Shown here one piece after another: positions 29,695-40,356 of a stretch of 64,000 nucleotides of DNA; the stretch's first letter is position 1; each line of letters starts with the position of its first letter. Origin of the DNA: Lachnospiraceae bacterium UBA7054. Its GTDB lineage: Bacteria > Bacillota > Clostridia > Lachnospirales > Lachnospiraceae. The stretch spans positions 2,305 through 66,304 of the forward strand of contig DLAF01000071.1 in NCBI GenBank assembly GCA_002492725.1, read 5' to 3'. The position numbers and the translations under genes are program-made. A model generated the notes under the pieces. That model ran no database searches, had not been told where the DNA came from, and saw nothing but the letters and a program-made list of their open reading frames with translations.

Positions 29695-31434
29695 TTAAGG
29701 AAGCATATCCGCATCGCCAAATGTCGCCTGCCATTTCTCTGCACGCTCATCCATAATAGCCTGACCGCCTGAGCTCAGATAGTCTGCCATCATACTATCC
29801 CAGACACTGTCAAAATCAGCTTCTGACGCAATCACGGCATTATCATAAACCTGATCGCGCTTAGCGCTTAACGTATCACCGATGTTTGCTTCCGCTTCGA
29901 TAATTCCTACGTTTACATTCTTAGCAGGAACCGCATCCGTCTGCGCGATCTTGTCCGCCTCGGAAACCACATCCGGATCAATCTCCGCATAGTTGTATGC
30001 CTGTGAAAGCTTGGTCAGCGCTTCGTCTGTGAAATGTAATCCGTTACAGGTAATCGTATAGTCGATATTCATACCGGAGTTCATGATCGGATCACCGGTT
30101 GCTGCAACCGTCTGGATCGCGCCGCTCTCCAATACATTATGCGTTACGCCCTCATCACCGATCTGCAGATACTGAATATGCTCCGGATCGGAAATCCAGT
30201 CAAGATACAGCATGCTGGCCAAAGGCTCATCATTGGTGATCGGGAAGAAGATCTTACGGTCACCGGCTGTGCTGTTTACATACTTGGTGTGTGTACCTTT
30301 GGAATCATCAAAAGGATCGATTGCGATAAAGTAAGCTTCCTCGCCAATGTTTCTCTGAAGGTTTGCGTTGATGCTGTCGGCCCCGTTACGGAAAGGATAA
30401 TCCCAGTTATGGGTGAAAGCGCCTACATAGCCGGCCTTGATCATGTCGTCTTCCGTTGTATCGCCGCTGCTGTACAGTGCAAAGTTATCCCACATAAGGC
30501 CCTGGTTATACCACTTGTTCAAAAGCCTGACAGCCTCTTTCGTACCATTCTGGGTTAACTTACGGTCATCATATCCATTGATATAATACTCTTTGTCGGT
30601 AATATCCGGATCAATAAAGGATTCGATCAAAGTAGCAGCTCTCCAGCCTACGTCAAAGCTTACTGAATAAGGAACCATCTTATCTGCATCTGCGCCAAGC
30701 AGGGTATCCTTGTTCTCTTCAAATGCAAGTAACATTGCTTCAAACTCTTCTGTCGTGGTCGGAGCTTGCAGTGATAACTTATCCAGCCAGTCTTTACGAA
30801 CAAACGTGTTAATACGGTTGCTAACTGCCATCTTTCCTTCAATCGCCCAGATCGTGCCATCTACAGGATCTTTGTCCCAATACATATTGGTTTCACCGAG
30901 CCAATCCCACAGGTTCGTAAGTTCAGACTTGTAATCCTCAACATAACCGCTCAGATCCTGAACGCCTCCCATATCGGCGTAGGTCAGGATTGTAGGATAG
31001 CTGTAGGTTACACAGATATCAGGAGCCGTTCCTGCGGCAAGCAGATTATTGATCTCCTCTACCTCGGTCCAACGGGGAACCTTTACGAATTCAACCTCAA
31101 CATTATGATCTTCCAGCATACCCTTCTTAATGTATTCGGTGTACATATTGTTGGTAGGATCGGATCCGCCATCGTTTCCGCGGTCATAAACCTCAACCGT
31201 AATGTGCCTGGTTTCCGCGAACTTGCCGTCTGTCAATTCGCCTGTTGCAGCAGCATCTGTTGCCGCATCAGATGTGTCTGCTGCCTCTGGCGCATCTGCT
31301 GTATCCGCGCCCTGCGCATCAGTTGCAGGAGCATCCGTACTTGGAGCAGATGTGTTTCCTGCATCGCCGCCACCGCATGCCGTCAGGGCTACCATAGACC
31401 CTGCAAGCAGGATGGCAATTAATTTTTTCTTCAT
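29695..31434 (-). CDS. Carbohydrate ABC transporter solute-binding lipoprotein
   Basis: Lipobox LTAC, Ala/Asp/Thr linker, VRKDWLDKL..P.T motif. Confidence 0.9.
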   Translation of the reverse strand: MKKKLIAILLAGSMVALTACGGGDAGNTSAPSTDAPATDAQGADTADAPEAADTSDAATDAAATGELTDGKFAETRHITVEVYDRGNDGGSDPTNNMYTEYIKKGMLEDHNVEVEFVKVPRWTEVEEINNLLAAGTAPDICVTYSYPTILTYADMGGVQDLSGYVEDYKSELTNLWDWLGETNMYWDKDPVDGTIWAIEGKMAVSNRINTFVRKDWLDKLSLQAPTTTEEFEAMLLAFEENKDTLLGADADKMVPYSVSFDVGWRAATLIESFIDPDITDKEYYINGYDDRKLTQNGTKEAVRLLNKWYNQGLMWDNFALYSSGDTTEDDMIKAGYVGAFTHNWDYPFRNGADSINANLQRNIGEEAYFIAIDPFDDSKGTHTKYVNSTAGDRKIFFPITNDEPLASMLYLDWISDPEHIQYLQIGDEGVTHNVLESGAIQTVAATGDPIMNSGMNIDYTITCNGLHFTDEALTKLSQAYNYAEIDPDVVSEADKIAQTDAVPAKNVNVGIIEAEANIGDTLSAKRDQVYDNAVIASEADFDSVWDSMMADYLSSGGQAIMDERAEKWQATFGDADMLP

Positions 31435-31493
31435 TTTCCTTCCTCCCTAATTTTGGTTTATTTGAATGAACGAATCTTTTGAATAAGATTCGA

Positions 31494-32366
31494 TTATTCC
31501 TTTACAGCGCCCATGGTCACGCCATGGATAAAGTATTTCTGCAGCCAAGGGTATACGCACAGAATCGGCACCGTTGAAAACATGACGATCGCCGCCTTTA
31601 AGGAGGCCGAGAGTCCCGGTGTGGAGAAACCTTCCTGTGTTGCAACTTCTACGGAATTAATATTGTTTATGATATTATACAATAAAAGCTGCAGCGGGTA
31701 CAACTCTGTCTTCTTTACATACAACAGTGCATCCGAATAACCGTTCCAACGGCCTACCGCATAAAACAGCGCCAGAGTTGCCATAACCGGTTTGGATAAC
31801 GGTACATAAATCTTGATCAGGATTTGAATAAAGTTGGCACCGTCTATTTCCGCAGATTCCCGTAAGCTGTCGGGAATGCCGTAGAAAAAGCTCCTCATAA
31901 TGATCATATTATACACGCTGAGGCAGCTTGGAACAATCAACACCAGCGGATTATCCAAAAATCCCAGGCTCTGCATCAGCAGATAGTTGGGAATCGTACC
32001 TGCATTAAAAAACATGGTGATCGTAATAATAATATTGATCACGCCCCGGCCCTTCAGCTTATCGAAAATCAACGGATAAGCACAAAGGATCGTCATAGTC
32101 AAAGAAACAAATGTACAGACTACCGTCAAAAATACGGTCCAGAAGAACGCCCGGATATACTTGGGATCGCTAAGTACCGTCTTATAAGCATCCACATTAA
32201 AGCCCTTAGGCCAGAGTGTCACTGCATTTTTGATCAGATAATCCGTAGAGCTTAAGGATTTGGCGAGTAGGTTTATCATCGGCACAACGCAGATAATACT
32301 GATCAGTACACAGATAATAACAAAAACCCAATCGCCGATTTTGGCAGAAGTTGACTTTACTTTCAT
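31494..32366 (-). CDS. Carbohydrate ABC permease
   Basis: ESAEIDGA EAA loop; YPWLQKYFIHG. Confidence 0.93.
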   Translation of the reverse strand: MKVKSTSAKIGDWVFVIICVLISIICVVPMINLLAKSLSSTDYLIKNAVTLWPKGFNVDAYKTVLSDPKYIRAFFWTVFLTVVCTFVSLTMTILCAYPLIFDKLKGRGVINIIITITMFFNAGTIPNYLLMQSLGFLDNPLVLIVPSCLSVYNMIIMRSFFYGIPDSLRESAEIDGANFIQILIKIYVPLSKPVMATLALFYAVGRWNGYSDALLYVKKTELYPLQLLLYNIINNINSVEVATQEGFSTPGLSASLKAAIVMFSTVPILCVYPWLQKYFIHGVTMGAVKE

Positions 32367-33319
32367 TACCAGATCCCCCTTTCTCCAAGCTTTCTGGACA
32401 GCCAGTTAGCCGTCAGCAAGAAGATGACGCCGACTACCGACTGGAACAGACCAACCGCAGTTGTCAGGGAGAACTGCAGGCCTTTAATACCGGTTCGATA
32501 TACATAAGTAGAAATGACATCCGCCACGTTCATGACCAGATTGTTCTGGAATGCAAAAGGACGGTCGAAATTACTTCCTAAAATATTACCCAGATTCATG
32601 ATCAGCAGAACTACGATAGTAGGCTTGATTCCCGGAAGGGTAATATGCCACATTTTGCTGAATCGCCCTGCGCCATCCACGGAAGCGGCCTCATAAAGCT
32701 CGGAGTTGATCCCCGCAATCGCCGCCAGATATACGATGGAACCCCAGCCGAAATTCTGCCAGACACCCACGCCGATATAGGTACCGATCCAGTGAGCGGC
32801 ATCATTTAAAAATGGAATTGATGTACCGCCCAAACGCTCAATGAGCATATTTACCAGACCCTCGCCGGGGGCGAAAAGCTGTATTGCCAGACTGTAAATA
32901 ATGACCCAGGAAAGAAAGTGCGGCATATAGGCAACTGTCTGAACGACCTTTTTGAAACGTTTGAAGCACAATTCGTTCAATATCAGCGCAAAGATGATTG
33001 GCGCCGGGAAACCAATTACCAGATCCAGCAAATTCAACACTATCGTATTGCGCAGCGCACGACGGAAATCGTTATTTCCGAATGCCTTAATGAAGTATTC
33101 AAAGCCGTGATTTTTGGCCCATGGCATTTCCCATACGCTTTGTACGATGCTGTATTTTTTAAACGCGATCTGAATATATATCATAGGGATATACTTAAAG
33201 ATCAACAGATACAGCAAGGGCAGCGCAAGCAGGAAATATAGCTGCCAGTATCTTTTCCAATACGCTCGGGTAACCCCCTTCTTTTTAACGGCCGGTTTAC
33301 TTGTTTTCGCCTTAGCCAT
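32366..33319 (-). CDS. Carbohydrate ABC permease (LplB-like)
   Basis: PHFLSWVI, LYEAASVDGA. Confidence 0.93.
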   Translation of the reverse strand: MAKAKTSKPAVKKKGVTRAYWKRYWQLYFLLALPLLYLLIFKYIPMIYIQIAFKKYSIVQSVWEMPWAKNHGFEYFIKAFGNNDFRRALRNTIVLNLLDLVIGFPAPIIFALILNELCFKRFKKVVQTVAYMPHFLSWVIIYSLAIQLFAPGEGLVNMLIERLGGTSIPFLNDAAHWIGTYIGVGVWQNFGWGSIVYLAAIAGINSELYEAASVDGAGRFSKMWHITLPGIKPTIVVLLIMNLGNILGSNFDRPFAFQNNLVMNVADVISTYVYRTGIKGLQFSLTTAVGLFQSVVGVIFLLTANWLSRKLGERGIW

Positions 33320-33709
33320 CGCTTCGACACCTCCCATAATTCTTCTCTGTTTTTTGCTCATTCCCCCGCGGACGTTTGGCGGAATCCTTTACATTTTTCT
33401 TCGTGTTCTAAGACTCCTGCCACTTCACAAAATGCTTCATTCCACCAATTTTGCACACTTTTTTCCCTGAATATCTGACAAGTTCGCTAATCGTTTTCCC
33501 TTATTATATACTATTTGGTTGGCGATTTATATACTTTTTTTATATTTCTTTATAAATTTATTACAACTTGCCAGGTGGTGCAGCTTTTGTCGCCGCATGG
33601 CAGCTTTTTAAAGCTGACCGGCACGCGGTCTTCGCGAAAAGCGTTCAGATGAGGACATCGAGGCGCTTGCGCCGGATTGGGGCATTGAAATCTTTCAGAG
33701 TGCAATAAA

Positions 33710-33907
33710 GAAGACGGGGCCTTTCGGCTCCGTCTTCCTGTGTGAGAAGGATAGAAATGTTGGGTTCAATATATGTCAACAGCCGCATGTTGCGGACTGT
33801 TATGGTTAGTCGAAGCCGGTCGATACCTGTCAGCACCGGCGGCTTCATTGAAAATACCGGCATTGTAGTTTCACCGCAATAAACTATGTGAAGTACTTCT
33901 CACACTG
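33710..33907. ncRNA. Candidate structured non-coding RNA, family unassigned
   Basis: Nested long-range pairings plus several hairpins in a ~750-bp intergenic gap (detailed in findings). Confidence 0.5.
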
Positions 33908-34042
33908 TCTGTCCTGAACTACAATTACATCATACAGACAATTTGTGAATGGGGTGTGTCAAAATTAGAAAGAAATACGAAAGAAATTATAAACTAAATT
34001 TTATAATTAGTACTTTCGGGTGGGAAAATGCGTGCAAAAAGG

Positions 34043-34055
34043 TTTGACATTCAAA
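34043..34055. promoter_or_regulatory. TTTGA-N3-TCAAA dyad over a -35 element (FabT-like operator)
   Basis: TTTGACATTCAAA directly upstream of the FabT-like MarR gene. Confidence 0.55.
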
Positions 34056-34103
34056 ATATCTTCTGCTAAACTGTGGTAAGATTAAAAAATCCTATATGAG
34101 AGA

Positions 34104-34553
34104 ATGGATGAAATCATGGATATCAACAATACATTGAACGAAGTGCTCGTCAAGCTGTTTCGGGATATCAATACTTTGGAGGAGCGGGCGATCCGCACGG
34201 AGGAGTATCAGGATGTGACGGCAAACGATATGCATGTGATGGAAGCCATCGGTCCGGAAGGCACCAAAAATATGACCAGGGTGGCCAGAGAGCTGGAAGT
34301 CACGACGGGGACACTGACCATATCGGTCAACAGCCTTGTGAAGAAAGGATACGTGGACAGGAGCCGCAGCGAGGAAGACAGGCGAGTGGTGCTGGTATCC
34401 CTCTCCGGCAAGGGGAAAAAGGCGTACCTCCATCATCAGAAATTTCATCAGGACATGATCGAGGCAGTCTTAAAGGAGCTTACCGGGGAGGAACAGCGGG
34501 TGTTGGAGCAGGCGCTTAGGAAGCTCACCTGTTTTTTCCGGGCACAAAGTTAG
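34104..34553 (+). CDS. MarR-family regulator, FabT-like
   Basis: LNEVLVKLFRDI..EE, DMHVMEAIG, DRRVV. Confidence 0.88.
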   Translation: MDEIMDINNTLNEVLVKLFRDINTLEERAIRTEEYQDVTANDMHVMEAIGPEGTKNMTRVARELEVTTGTLTISVNSLVKKGYVDRSRSEEDRRVVLVSLSGKGKKAYLHHQKFHQDMIEAVLKELTGEEQRVLEQALRKLTCFFRAQS

Positions 34554-36390
34554 CCAGTCTTTTTGCCAGCGTGCGGTAGTCTGCAGGGCCGTTCTGGAGT
34601 AGGAAGGAATGAAAACGGTATAAGAAATCTGTATTGTCGTATGTGGCGTGCAGCTTCTCGGTGTCGGACCACAGAACAGCTGCCTGTCTCTTTAATTCTA
34701 AAATTTCCAAATATCCCAGATAGTATTTCGGATAATTGCAGGGTTCTTCTGCGATATAGGTATAAAGGGAGGTAAGTGCGTCACCGTCACTTAGGCCGAG
34801 CCCCCGGCAGAGTGCCCCGACTTCCTCCAGAGAAAGGCCGTCGTAGTGGATCGCCACATCCAGGAGGGAGTACAGGCCCAGCCGAAACTGTCTGTCAAGA
34901 CGGCAGAGCTGGTAGTAGAGGGCTGCCTCCGGATGCTTGCGCACAGCCAGGGCGGTCGCTTGGTCGTAGGAGGCAAGTTCCACGTACATAGCCCATCCTT
35001 CCACATAGCCGCCGTAATAAAGGACGCTGCCCAGGGGAAGTCCCCCTTCCTGTTCCTGAAAACGCTTGCTGTAAACGGTCTGATAGAGATGACCGGGGTA
35101 GCCCTCGTGCGCCAGCGTGGTGTAGAGAGAAAGATCGCCTTCGGTATCTTTTGGATTGAGGCAGATCAGGTTTTCGCAGATATTGTCTATGGGTGGTGTC
35201 ATGTAAAAGGCGGGTGCGCTGTAGGCGGCAAGGCTTTCGTCTATATATTTGATCGTGGAGTGGATGGGCGCGTTATCCCGGCCTTTCGGAATGGCCGGAT
35301 AGCTTGTGCCGATCTCCTTCCGCAGGTCACTTAAAACTTCTTCCGGTGTCATTTCCGGCAGAAGAGAAGGGTTTTGTGCGATCATCGTCTGCAGGGCAGG
35401 GTTTTGTCTGAGGATTGCTACCAGAGATTCGTAGTTGAACCGTAAATCTTCCGCCAGAAGGCGCTTGATCTCCGAGATGTCGCGGTAGGAACCGGTGCGC
35501 AGCCGCAAAAGAGCCAGATAATAGTCCCGTCCGTTTTCTTTCCCTGCCAGGCCGCTAAGCTTGCCGCCCTGTCCCTTGAGGAGTGTGAGCGCGTCTGCAA
35601 GGCGGTCGTAGGCAGGAACGACCACGGTGGTCAATAGCCGCTGATGCTGCGTCTCGTAGGAAGAAGCTGCCGCGGAAGTCAGAATGCCTTGATCAACCAG
35701 GCGTTTCAGCCGATCTGCAAAGGTGGTCTCCAGAAAATGGGAGCCCTCCTCCAGAGCATCGGTGTCAAGAAGGGCGCCGCACTGGGCGATCATGCGGTCA
35801 GCGGTCGTATCGGACATAAAGAGGCCCGCGGCGGCCTTTTCCTGTTCGTAGAGGATGAGACCGTCAAAGTAGGCAGGGATTTGTTCGAGGATGCCAAGAT
35901 AATTTTCTATGTCCGAGACATCGTCCAGGCGGTATTCCGCAAACAGGATAGGGAGTTCGGAAGGCACGCCCGAGGACGGGGAGAGAGGCTCCGAAAAGTA
36001 AGGGTAAGCGGCGACGCCTGCCGCAGCCGTCAGATAGCTGTCAAGCAGTTCGTACAAGCGACGGTTGTTTTCCTGAAGTGCATTCGGATTGATACGGGCA
36101 AGCGTTTCCCTCGCACGGGAAATCGCATAGATCTCCTCGGCAGCGCTGCCGGCCTGATAGACGGGAAGTAAGAGAGATGATTCGTCGATGCCATAGGCAG
36201 CAGGATCGTCTATCGTATAGTGCAGATGAATTGGGTTTGCCTGCACCTCTTCCAAAAAGAAATTTTGGGCAAACGCACGAAACCGCGCATCCTGATGTGT
36301 CTTGTCATACAGATGCAGGGTGAAGATGCTTATGAGGGCAAGGAGAGTCAAAAAAAGACTCAATTGTTTAAAGGAAAGGGAACGTTTCAA
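34525..36390 (-). CDS. DUF885-family exported protein (putative metallopeptidase)
   Basis: N-terminal TM, HEGYPGHLYQ, EGWAMY. Confidence 0.88.
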   Translation of the reverse strand: MKRSLSFKQLSLFLTLLALISIFTLHLYDKTHQDARFRAFAQNFFLEEVQANPIHLHYTIDDPAAYGIDESSLLLPVYQAGSAAEEIYAISRARETLARINPNALQENNRRLYELLDSYLTAAAGVAAYPYFSEPLSPSSGVPSELPILFAEYRLDDVSDIENYLGILEQIPAYFDGLILYEQEKAAAGLFMSDTTADRMIAQCGALLDTDALEEGSHFLETTFADRLKRLVDQGILTSAAASSYETQHQRLLTTVVVPAYDRLADALTLLKGQGGKLSGLAGKENGRDYYLALLRLRTGSYRDISEIKRLLAEDLRFNYESLVAILRQNPALQTMIAQNPSLLPEMTPEEVLSDLRKEIGTSYPAIPKGRDNAPIHSTIKYIDESLAAYSAPAFYMTPPIDNICENLICLNPKDTEGDLSLYTTLAHEGYPGHLYQTVYSKRFQEQEGGLPLGSVLYYGGYVEGWAMYVELASYDQATALAVRKHPEAALYYQLCRLDRQFRLGLYSLLDVAIHYDGLSLEEVGALCRGLGLSDGDALTSLYTYIAEEPCNYPKYYLGYLEILELKRQAAVLWSDTEKLHATYDNTDFLYRFHSFLLQNGPADYRTLAKRLANFVPGKNR

Positions 36391-36445
36391 GGGGACACCC
36401 GCGAGAATTGATTTGTAACACTATATGCCAAAAGAGGCAAAAGAA

Positions 36446-36480
36446 TGACAGGGGCTCTGATTCCATCAGAGCTCCTGTCA
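36446..36480. terminator. Hairpin at the end of the GGDEF gene
   Basis: TGACAGGGGCTCTGAT/ATCAGAGCTCCTGTCA. Confidence 0.6.
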
Positions 36481-37566
36481 GAAAACGATTCGGTCGCGTC
36501 CGCCCTCTTTGCCAAGGTAAAGTTTTTCATCGGCTTCCTTCAAGAGCGTTGTGATGTCACTGTGATAGTCGTATTCCACCAGCCCATAGGTGAGGGTGAC
36601 GGAAAAGGTTTCCGAGCCGCCGTCGAAGACAATCTCCTTAATTTTTTGTCTAAGTGTTTCCAGAGCGATGATGGTCTCGTCTCCGTTTAAGCGTGGGAAG
36701 ATCAGCAGAAATTCTTCGCCGCCCCAGCGGGAAATAAACGTGTCGGGTGGCAGCCTTTTCTGGAAAGTCTCCGAGATTTTTTTCAGTACCACATCGCCGA
36801 TGTCGTGGCCGTAGGTGTCGTTTACCCGTTTAAAAAAGTCAATATCACAAAGGCAGATGCTGATCTGGGTATTCGGGGTCTCCAGCAGATTTTCCAGATA
36901 TTCCATAGTGCGGCGGCGGTTGTAGAGTCCCGTCAGGGTATCCGTGTTAGCCTGCTTCATCAACTTTCTGTTATATTCGATCAGTTTTCCTTCCATCTCC
37001 TGCGTGGTGGTGCTGAACAGATAGGCAATCAGCCCGAACGACAAAAAGATAAAAAAGGAGTTTGCAATTTGCATGATGCTGCTCAGTTCCGGATCCAGGC
37101 TTACCACAGGGTCATTGATCTTGCAGTAAAAATACAGGATCAGCCGCAGGGCAAACAGGAATAGCGCAAAGAGAAGCTTGGCAGCCTCATGTTTGTATTT
37201 CGAAAAGAAAACAAAAACCAAAAGCACTGCCAGAAAATGCTGTATGCCGATATGCCAACCCAGATAATAGACGTTTATGGCCGTAAAAATCAGGATACAG
37301 ACGTTCAGGATGCAATAAGAACTAAAGGTACTGCAGCGATAAGACAGCACAAAGGCTGTCAAAAACATCACCAGCGACAGCAGGGCCATGATCAGACTGC
37401 CGACATGTCCCGTAAAGGAAGTCAGAATACAGCATACAAACGAATGCGCCAGCATGGTGAGTGAAAGAAGTCTGACGACGACGATCAATTTGGTAGATTC
37501 ATTCTGCTTTCCGGTGTCCCGGCAGATATTCTCATAGATGGTAGAGAAGATTGAATTTTCTTTCAT
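36478..37566 (-). CDS. Membrane-bound diguanylate cyclase
   Basis: About 6 TM segments; DTLTGLYNRR, DIDFFKRVNDTYGH, RWGGEEF. Confidence 0.93.
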   Translation of the reverse strand: MKENSIFSTIYENICRDTGKQNESTKLIVVVRLLSLTMLAHSFVCCILTSFTGHVGSLIMALLSLVMFLTAFVLSYRCSTFSSYCILNVCILIFTAINVYYLGWHIGIQHFLAVLLVFVFFSKYKHEAAKLLFALFLFALRLILYFYCKINDPVVSLDPELSSIMQIANSFFIFLSFGLIAYLFSTTTQEMEGKLIEYNRKLMKQANTDTLTGLYNRRRTMEYLENLLETPNTQISICLCDIDFFKRVNDTYGHDIGDVVLKKISETFQKRLPPDTFISRWGGEEFLLIFPRLNGDETIIALETLRQKIKEIVFDGGSETFSVTLTYGLVEYDYHSDITTLLKEADEKLYLGKEGGRDRIVF

Positions 37567-37778
37567 CTGCGGCTCTTTCCTAAATCGTTTTCCAATGACA
37601 TTTTCTCTTTTGAGATTTTGGATCATACAAAAGAGTATATACATATCTATATTACACCTTTGCAAAAATTATTGCAAACAATATAGAAAAACTGTTTTCT
37701 ATTTGTTTTCTATTTAAGAAATTTTGGTAGATAGGCAGATGGGAAGATGGTAGAATAGGAGGCAGAGGAGAAAGGCGA

Positions 37779-39266
37779 ATGCAGAAGGAAAAAGCAAAAT
37801 CTTCCATAAAATTTAAACTGATCCTGCTTTCAGTGGTCGTAGCGCTTCCCTTTTTGACTATGGTCATCTATCTGATTTATGCGCTCCACAGCTATAGCGG
37901 TGCTTATGATGCCATTGTGAGCAATCTTACGGTGGCGAACAATTATAACCGGGACTTCAAAGAGGAGATGGACGAGAGCCTTTACAAGCTTGTGGTCGGT
38001 TCCGCCAGTTTTGAGACGATCGCAGACGATAAGAGTCTGCGGGATCCTTACGTGATGATCGGGGAGCTGCGGGGAGAGTTTGAAAAGCTTGCGCGTATCA
38101 CAACGGATGAGGAGAGCAGTACCTGGCTGCAGATTTTGATGCGCAATATCGACACGCTGGAAGACAGGGTGGATGATATCCGCACGAACCTGGCGACGGA
38201 GGAGAGCTACGACGCCAATATCGAAATGCTGGATAACAATATCTATATTTTAACGGAGCTGATTCAGGACAATATTCAGTCCTATATCTATTATCAAACG
38301 CAGAGCATGGAACATTTGACGGAGCGCCTAAACGACAGAGTGCACGCCTTTACGATCTTCTGCGCGGCGCTGCTTGCCATGGTTTTGCTTCTGGTGGTGG
38401 CGCTGACGGTGATCATCGTGTCAGGCATCATCAAACCGATCAGAGAATTGTCCCGCGTAACGGAGAATGTTTCGCAGGGAGATTTTTCCGTTCGCGCCAT
38501 CGTGTATACAGACGATGAGCTGGAGGCGCTTGCAGACAGCGTAAACAGCATGACGGAGAGTATTGAACGATTTGTGAGTAAGATTAAAGAGGACGAGCGC
38601 AAGATGCGCCATGCAGAGCTGCGGCTTTTGCAGGAACAGATCAATCCCCACTTTCTCTATAATACCCTGGACACCATTGTTTGGCTGATCGAGGGCGGCG
38701 ACCCGGACAAGGCAGTAAACATGGTCATGTCGCTGTCGGATTTTTTCAGACTGGTCTTAAGTAAGGGTAGAGAATACATTACCATCCGTGAGGAGGAAAT
38801 GCACATACGCAGTTATCTGGAGATTCAGCAGGTGCGTTATCGCGATATTTTGGAGTACGAGATCGACTTTGATCCCGCTCTCTACCAATATAGAATTTTA
38901 AAGCTGACTCTGCAGCCGCTGGTAGAAAATTCTCTTTACCATGGCATTAAATATAAGCGAGCGAAGGGAAGTATCCGCGTGACGGGAAGGCTTTTGGAGG
39001 GACGGATCATACTCATGGTCACAGATGACGGCGTGGGGATGGAAGACGAGGAACTGGCCAATCTGATCAGTGAGATTGGAAAACCCTGCAAGGATACGGG
39101 GAAGGGGTTTGGCCTTGCCAATGTTAATGAGCGCATCCGCATGAATTTTGGGACAGAGTATGGTATGACGATAAGCTCGGCGCCCGGGAAGGGTACGACC
39201 GTCACGGTGACGATTCCGGCAGAACCTTATGAGCAGGAAGTTTCCCGGGAGGAGGTGACGGCATGA
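37779..39266 (+). CDS. Sensor histidine kinase, YesM type with HAMP domain
   Basis: QINPHFLYNTL, LQPLVENS, GFGLANV. Confidence 0.93.
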   Translation: MQKEKAKSSIKFKLILLSVVVALPFLTMVIYLIYALHSYSGAYDAIVSNLTVANNYNRDFKEEMDESLYKLVVGSASFETIADDKSLRDPYVMIGELRGEFEKLARITTDEESSTWLQILMRNIDTLEDRVDDIRTNLATEESYDANIEMLDNNIYILTELIQDNIQSYIYYQTQSMEHLTERLNDRVHAFTIFCAALLAMVLLLVVALTVIIVSGIIKPIRELSRVTENVSQGDFSVRAIVYTDDELEALADSVNSMTESIERFVSKIKEDERKMRHAELRLLQEQINPHFLYNTLDTIVWLIEGGDPDKAVNMVMSLSDFFRLVLSKGREYITIREEEMHIRSYLEIQQVRYRDILEYEIDFDPALYQYRILKLTLQPLVENSLYHGIKYKRAKGSIRVTGRLLEGRIILMVTDDGVGMEDEELANLISEIGKPCKDTGKGFGLANVNERIRMNFGTEYGMTISSAPGKGTTVTVTIPAEPYEQEVSREEVTA

Positions 39267-40315
39267 GAGAAAAGATCAGACGAAATCAGAATAGCATCAT
39301 CAACAGCATTGCTCTGCTTTTTTTGCCGCTGTTCCTGCTTTTGGTGGTGATCGTGGGCGGCAGATTTGAAATATTCGGAGATATTACGGAGGAGCCGGCG
39401 GTACAGGAGAAGGCGGACCAGATTGTGGTAGGCGTGTCTCAGCTTGGAAGCGAGTCGGGGTGGCGGACGGCGAACACGGAGTCCGTTCAGAATGCCTTTA
39501 CCCAGAGAAACGGCTGCTTTCTGATCTACCACAACGCCAGACAGAAGCAGGAAAATCAGCTCAAGGCGATCCGCAGCTTTATTTCCCAGAGAGTGGATTA
39601 TATCATCTTTTCTCCTGTGGTGGAGACGGGCTGGGATACCGTACTGCAGGAGGCTGCAAAGGCGGGCATCCCCGTGATCCTGATGGACAGGCAGGTCGAT
39701 GTGGAGGACGACAGCCTCTACGTGACCTGCGTGGGCAGTGATTTTGCACGGGAGGGGGAAGAGGCGGGCCGCTGGCTGGAGACGGAATTGATCAGGCGGG
39801 GGAGCGCGGCAGAGCCTGTCAATATCGTAATACTGCTTGGCACGGAGGGGTCTTCTGCCCGCATCGGCAGAACGGCGGGTTTTGCTTCGGTGGCTTCCAA
39901 ACACAAAAACTGGAACATTTTGGAGCAGAAGGACGCGGAGTTTACGTCCACCAAGGGCAAGGAGGTCATGCGGAATTTCCTGCGCAAGTATGACGACATC
40001 GACGTAGTGATTTCCCAAAATGATGATATGACGTTCGGCGCGATCGAGGCGATCCGGGAATCGGGCAGGAGTGTGGGTGTTGACGGCGATATTATCATTG
40101 TCTCTTTTGACGCGGTGAAAAGTGCACTGGAAATGGTAAAAGAAGGCGTTATCAACGTGGATATCGAGTGTAACCCGAATCAGGGAGAGTACCTTTTGCG
40201 GGTCATTGACGACCTGGAGGCCGGAAGACCGGTGGAAAAGCAGTATTATGTGGAAGAAAATGTTTTTAAACAGGGGAATGTGACGGAAGAATTACTGCGG
40301 GAGAGGACATATTAG
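39263..40315 (+). CDS. Membrane-anchored sugar-binding protein (YtfQ-like), probable sensor partner
   Basis: N-terminal TM; SQLGSESGWRTANT, ECNP; lies between the kinase and regulator genes. Confidence 0.88.
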   Translation: MREKIRRNQNSIINSIALLFLPLFLLLVVIVGGRFEIFGDITEEPAVQEKADQIVVGVSQLGSESGWRTANTESVQNAFTQRNGCFLIYHNARQKQENQLKAIRSFISQRVDYIIFSPVVETGWDTVLQEAAKAGIPVILMDRQVDVEDDSLYVTCVGSDFAREGEEAGRWLETELIRRGSAAEPVNIVILLGTEGSSARIGRTAGFASVASKHKNWNILEQKDAEFTSTKGKEVMRNFLRKYDDIDVVISQNDDMTFGAIEAIRESGRSVGVDGDIIIVSFDAVKSALEMVKEGVINVDIECNPNQGEYLLRVIDDLEAGRPVEKQYYVEENVFKQGNVTEELLRERTY

Positions 40316-40356
40316 ACGGATATGTTAAATAACACATGTTATAAGAGGGGCGCACG

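Noticed and set aside
33645-33863. 72-aa minus-strand ORF
   Set aside because: No RBS or recognisable motif; the region is better explained as structured RNA.
34212-34221. GATGTGACGG match to the putative crossover core (also TGTGATGTGAC near 25736)
   Set aside because: These are short 10-11 bp matches inside ordinary genes with no arm repeats or signal-peptide context, so chance is the likelier explanation.
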